DNA from: the human T2T-CHM13v2.0 reference genome, Homo sapiens
Assembly: GCF_009914755.1 (NCBI RefSeq)
Contig: NC_060933.1
DNA: 64,000 nt
Direction: 5' to 3' (one strand)
Within the stretch, counting starts at the first letter, position 1. Each line of letters starts with the position of its first letter. The notes beneath the pieces are model-generated. The model worked only from the letters and a program-made list of their open reading frames with translations, had not been told where the DNA came from and ran no database searches. Positions 59,501 to 64,000 of the stretch are shown in pieces. Made by a program: the position numbers and the translations under genes.

Positions 59501-62500
59501 AATGGAATGGAATGGAACGGAACGGAATGGAATGGAATGGAATGGAACGGAACGGAATGGAATGGATGGAATGGAATGGAATCAACGCGAGTGCAGGGGA
59601 ATGGAATGGAATGGAATGCAATGGAATGGAAACTTCCGGAATGGAATGGAATGGAATGGAATGGAATGAAATGCAATGGATTCAACTCGATTGCAATGGA
59701 ATGGAATAGAATGGAATGAAATGGAATGGAATGCAATTAATCCGAATAGAATGGAATGGAATGGAATGGAACGGAATGGAACATAATGGAATGGAATGGA
59801 ATGGAATGGTACGGAATAGAATGGAATGGAACGAATTGTAATGGAATGGAATTGAATGGAATGGAATGGAATGGAATGGAATCAACGCGAGTGCAGGGGA
59901 ATGTAATGGAACGGAATGCAATGGAATGGAATCATCCGGAATGGAATAGAATGGAATGGAATGGAATGGAATGGAATGGAATGGAATCAACCCGAGTGCA
60001 ATGGAATGGAGTGGAATGGAATGGAATGGAATGGAACAACCCGAATGGAATGGAATGTAATGGAGAGTAAGGGAGTTGAATAGAATCAATCCGAATGTAA
60101 TGGAATGGAATGCAACGGAATGGAATGGAATGGAATGGAATGGAATGCAATGGAATGGAATCAACCCGAGTACAATGGAATGGAATGGAATGGAATGGAA
60201 TGGAATGGAATGGAATGGAATGATACGGAACAGAATGGAATGGAACGAAATGGAATTGAATGGAAAGGAATGGAACGGAATGGAATGGAATCGTTCCGAG
60301 TGGAATAGGAGGGAATGTATTCGAGTGGAATGGAAAGGAATGGAATCAACCAGAGTGGAATCGAAGGGAATAGAATGGAATGGAAACTAATAGAATGGAA
60401 TCAACCCGATTGGAATGGAATGGAAAGGACTGGAATGCAATGGAATGGAATGGAATCAACTCGTTTGTAATGGAATGGAATGGAATGGAATGGAATGGAA
60501 TGGAATGGAATTAAACCGAATACAATGGAAGGGAATGGAATGGAATGGAAACTAATAGAATGGAATCAACCCGAGTGGAATGGAATGGAAAGGACTGGAA
60601 TGGAATGGAATGGAATGGAATCAACTCGATTGTAATGGAATGGAATGGAATGGAATGGAATGGAATGGAATGGAATGGAATTAACCCGAATACAATGGAA
60701 TGGAATGGAATGGAATGGAATGGAGTGGAATGGAATGGAATCAACCCGAGTGCAGGGGAATGGAATGGAATGGAATGCAATGGAATGGAATCATCCGGAA
60801 TGGAATCGAATGGAATGGAATGCAAAGCAATGGAATCAACTCGATTGCAATGGAATGGAATGGAATGGAAAGGAATACATTGGAATCAACCCGAGTGGAA
60901 TGGAATGGAAAGGACTGGAATGGAGTGGAATGGAATGGAATGCAATGGAATGGAATGGAATGGAATCAACTTGATTGGAATGGAATGGAATGGAATGGAA
61001 TGGAATGGAATGGAATGGAATCAACCCGACTGCAGGGGAATGGAATGGAATGGAATGCAATGGAATGGATTCAACTTGAATGGAATGGAAAGAATGGAAT
61101 CAACACGAGTGGAATGGCATGGATTGGAATGGAATGGAATGGAATGAACCCGAGTACAGGGGAATGGAATGGAATGGAATGCAATGGAATGGAATCATCC
61201 GTAATGGAATGGAAAGGAAAGGAATGGAATGGAAAGGAATGGAATGGAATGGAATGGAATGGAATGGAATCAACTCGATTGCAATCGAATGGAATGGAAT
61301 GGAATTAACCCGAATAGAATTGAATGGAATGCAATGGAACGGAACGGAATGGAATGGAATGGAATGGAATGGAATGGAACGGAACGGAATGGAATGGAAT
61401 GGAATGGAATGGAATGGAATCAACGCGAGTGCAGAGGAATGGAATGGAATGGAATGCAATGGAATGGAATCTTCCGGAATGGAATGGAATTGAATGGAAT
61501 GGAATGGAATGGTATGGAATAAACCCGAGTGCAATGGAATGGAGTGGAATGGAATGGAATGGAATGGAACAACCCGAATGGAATGGAATGTAATGGAGAG
61601 TAAGGGAGTTGAATAGAATCAATCCGAATGTAATGGAATGGAATGGAACGGAATGGAATTGAATGGAATGGAATGGAATGGAATGGTATGGAATCGTTCC
61701 GAGTGGAATAGGAGGGAATGTATTCGAGTGGAATGGAAAGGAATGGAATCAACCAGAGTGGCATGGAAGGGAATGGAATGGAATGGAAACTAATAGAATG
61801 GAATCAACCCGAGTGGAACGGAATGGAAAGGACTGGAATGGAATGGAATGGAATGGAATGGAATCAAATCGATTGTAATGGAATGGAATGGAATGGAATG
61901 GAATGGAATGGAATGGATTTAACCCGAATACAATGGAATGGAATGGAATGGAACGGAATGGAGTGGAATGGAATGGAATCAACCCGAGTGCAGGGGAATG
62001 GAATGGAATGGAATGCAATGGAATGGAATCATCCGGAATGGAATGGAATGGAATGGAATGCAAAGCAATGGAATCAACTCGATTGCAATGGAATGGAATG
62101 GAATGGAAAGGAATACATTGGAATCAACCCGAGTGGAATGGAATGGAAAGGACTGGAATGGAGTGGAATGGAATGGAATGGAATGGAATGGAATCAACTC
62201 GATTGGAATGGAATGGAATGGAATGGAATGGAATGGAATGGAATTAACCCGAATAGAATGGAATGGAATGGAATGGAAAGGAACGGAACGGAACGGAACA
62301 GAACGGAACGGAACGGAATGGAATGGAATGGAATTGAATGGAATCAACCCGACTGCAGGGGAATGGAATGGAATGGGATGCAATGGAATGGATTCAACTT
62401 GAATGGAATGGAAAGAATGGAATCAACACGAGTGGAATGGCATGGATTGGAATGGAATGGAATGGAATCAACCCGAGTACAGGGGAATGGAATGGAATGG

Positions 62501-64000
62501 AATGCAATGGAATGGAATCATCAGTAATGGAATGGAAAGGAATGGAATGGAATGGAATGGAATGGAATGGAATGGAATCGAATGGAATGGAATCAACTCG
62601 ATTGCAATCGAATGGAATGGAATGGAATTAACCCGAATAGAATGGAATGGAATGGAATGGAATGGAACGGAACGGAATGGAATGGAATGGAATGGAAAGG
62701 AATGGAACGGAAAGGAATGGAATGGAATGGAATGGAATGGAATGGAATGGAATGGAATGGAATGGAATAAACCCGAGTGCAATGGAATGGAGTGGAATGG
62801 AATGGAATGGAATGGAACAACCCGAATGGAATGGAATGTAATGGAGAGTAAGGGAGTTGAATAGAATCAATCCGAATGTAATGGAATGGAATGGAACGGA
62901 ATGGAATTGAATGGAATGGAATGGAATGCAATGGAATGGAATCAACCCGAGTGCAATGGAATGGAGAGGAATGGAATGGAATGGAATGGAAACTACCCGA
63001 ATGGAATGGAATGTAATGGAGTGTAAGGGAATTGAATAGAATCAATCCGAATGTAAAGGAATGGAATGGTACGGAATGGAATGGAATGGAATGGAATGGA
63101 ATGGAATGCAATGGAATGGAATCAACCCGAGTGCAATCGAATGGAATCGAATGGAATGGAATGCAATGGAATGGATGCAAGTTGAATGGAATGGAAAGAA
63201 TGGAATCAACACGAGTGGAAGGGCATGGATTGGAATGCAATGGAATGGAATCAACCCGAGTACAGGGGAATGGAATTGAATGGAATGCAATGGAATGGAA
63301 TCATCCGTAATGGAATGGAAAGGAATGGAATGGAATGGAATGGAATGGAATGGAATGGAATGGAATGGAATCAACTCGATTGGAATGGAATGGAATGCAA
63401 TGGAATGGAATGGAATTAACCCGAGTAGAAAGGAATGGAATGCAATGGAATGGAATTGAATGGAATTAACCCGAGTAGAAAGGAATGGAATGCAATGGAA
63501 CAGAACGGAACGGAATGGAATGGAATGGAATGGAATGGAATGGAATCAACCCGACTGCAGGGGAATGGAATGGAATGGAATGCAATGGAATGGATTCAAC
63601 TTGAATGGAATGGAAAGAATGGAATCAACACTAGTGGAATGGCATGGATTGGAAAGGAATGGAATGGAATCAACCCGAGTACAGGGGAATGGAATGGAAT
63701 GGAATGCAATGGAATGGAATCATCCGTAATGGAATGGAAAGGAATGGAATGGAATGGAATGGAATGGAATGGAATGGAATGGAATCAACTCGATTGCAAT
63801 CGAATGGAATGGAATGGAATTAACCCTAATAGAATGGAATGGAATGGAATGGAACGGAAAGGAATGGAATGGAATGGAATGGAATGGAATGGAATGGAAT
63901 GGAATGGAATGGAATCAACGCGAGTGCAGGGGAATGGAATGGAATGGAATGCAATGGAATGGAATCTTCCGGAATGGAATGGAATGGAATGGAATGGAAT
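56585..64000 (+). repeat. ~9.29-kb tandem unit, copy B2 (truncated by the window end; corresponds to 47294-54714)
   Basis: Constant +9286 offset up to the last marker (GGAATCTTCC at 54675 and 63961). Confidence 0.95.

Larger units (their letters stand above)
1..64000 (+). repeat. Human Satellite 3 (HSat3/SatIII)-type array: (GGAAT)n with CAACCCGA(G/A)T-family interruptions, G-rich strand on +
   Basis: GGAAT pentamer throughout, with long pure runs separated by CAACCCGAGT, CAACTCGATT, TTAACCCGAAT, CAACGCGAGT and CATCCGG words. This matches the classical satellite 3 consensus CAACCCGA(G/A)T(GGAAT)n. No non-satellite sequence and no strand switch seen. Confidence 0.97.

Noticed and set aside
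1-64000. Hundreds of ORFs up to 355 aa (e.g. 18458-19525, 28508-29476, 1326-2270; minus strand 5578-6444)
   Set aside because: (GGAAT)n has no stop codon in any frame and contains ATG every 5 bp. All products are MEWNG or IPFHS repeats overlapping in all six frames, with no domain, codon structure or gene context.
1-64000. CRISPR-like alternation of conserved words and spacers
   Set aside because: The 'spacers' are pure GGAAT runs rather than unique sequences, the words are degenerate pentamer pairs in register, and there are no cas genes or leader.
1-64000. HSat2, DYZ1 3.56-kb unit, alpha satellite or telomeric repeat
   Set aside because: Long pure GGAAT runs with CAACCCGAGT fit HSat3 rather than the CATTCGATTC-dominated HSat2. 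I detected no 3.56-kb period, 171-bp alphoid monomer, CENP-B box or TTAGGG. I did not assign a specific HSat3 subfamily or chromosome, because that needs a k-mer comparison.
1-64000. Embedded Alu/L1/ERV insertion or inversion breakpoint
   Set aside because: No poly(A) tail, non-satellite island or switch to (ATTCC)n was seen on the + strand.

Overview
The whole 64-kb window is one uninterrupted, single-orientation (GGAAT)n / (ATTCC)n pentamer satellite punctuated by recurrent CAACCCGAGT-type words. This is classical Human Satellite 3 (HSat3/SatIII) pericentromeric heterochromatin from human or a closely related ape; chromosome and subfamily cannot be fixed by eye. I see no genes, RNA genes, transposons, CRISPR or inversions, and every ORF in the track is a translation of the repeat (MEWNG / IPFHS). 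I found no new protein-coding system. The real structure is architectural: (i) an older, shuffled mosaic of modules over 1-28.9 kb; (ii) a ~5.95-kb tandem duplication at 28.9-40.8 kb; (iii) a nearly identical 9,286-bp tandem unit from 47.3 kb running off the window end; (iv) about 34 perfect three-unit heat shock elements (nGAAnnTTCnnGAAn) embedded in one recurrent module; (v) about 100 pentamer phase slips, all in the same direction. Counts and breakpoints were obtained by eye and from ORF-track offsets, so they are approximate.
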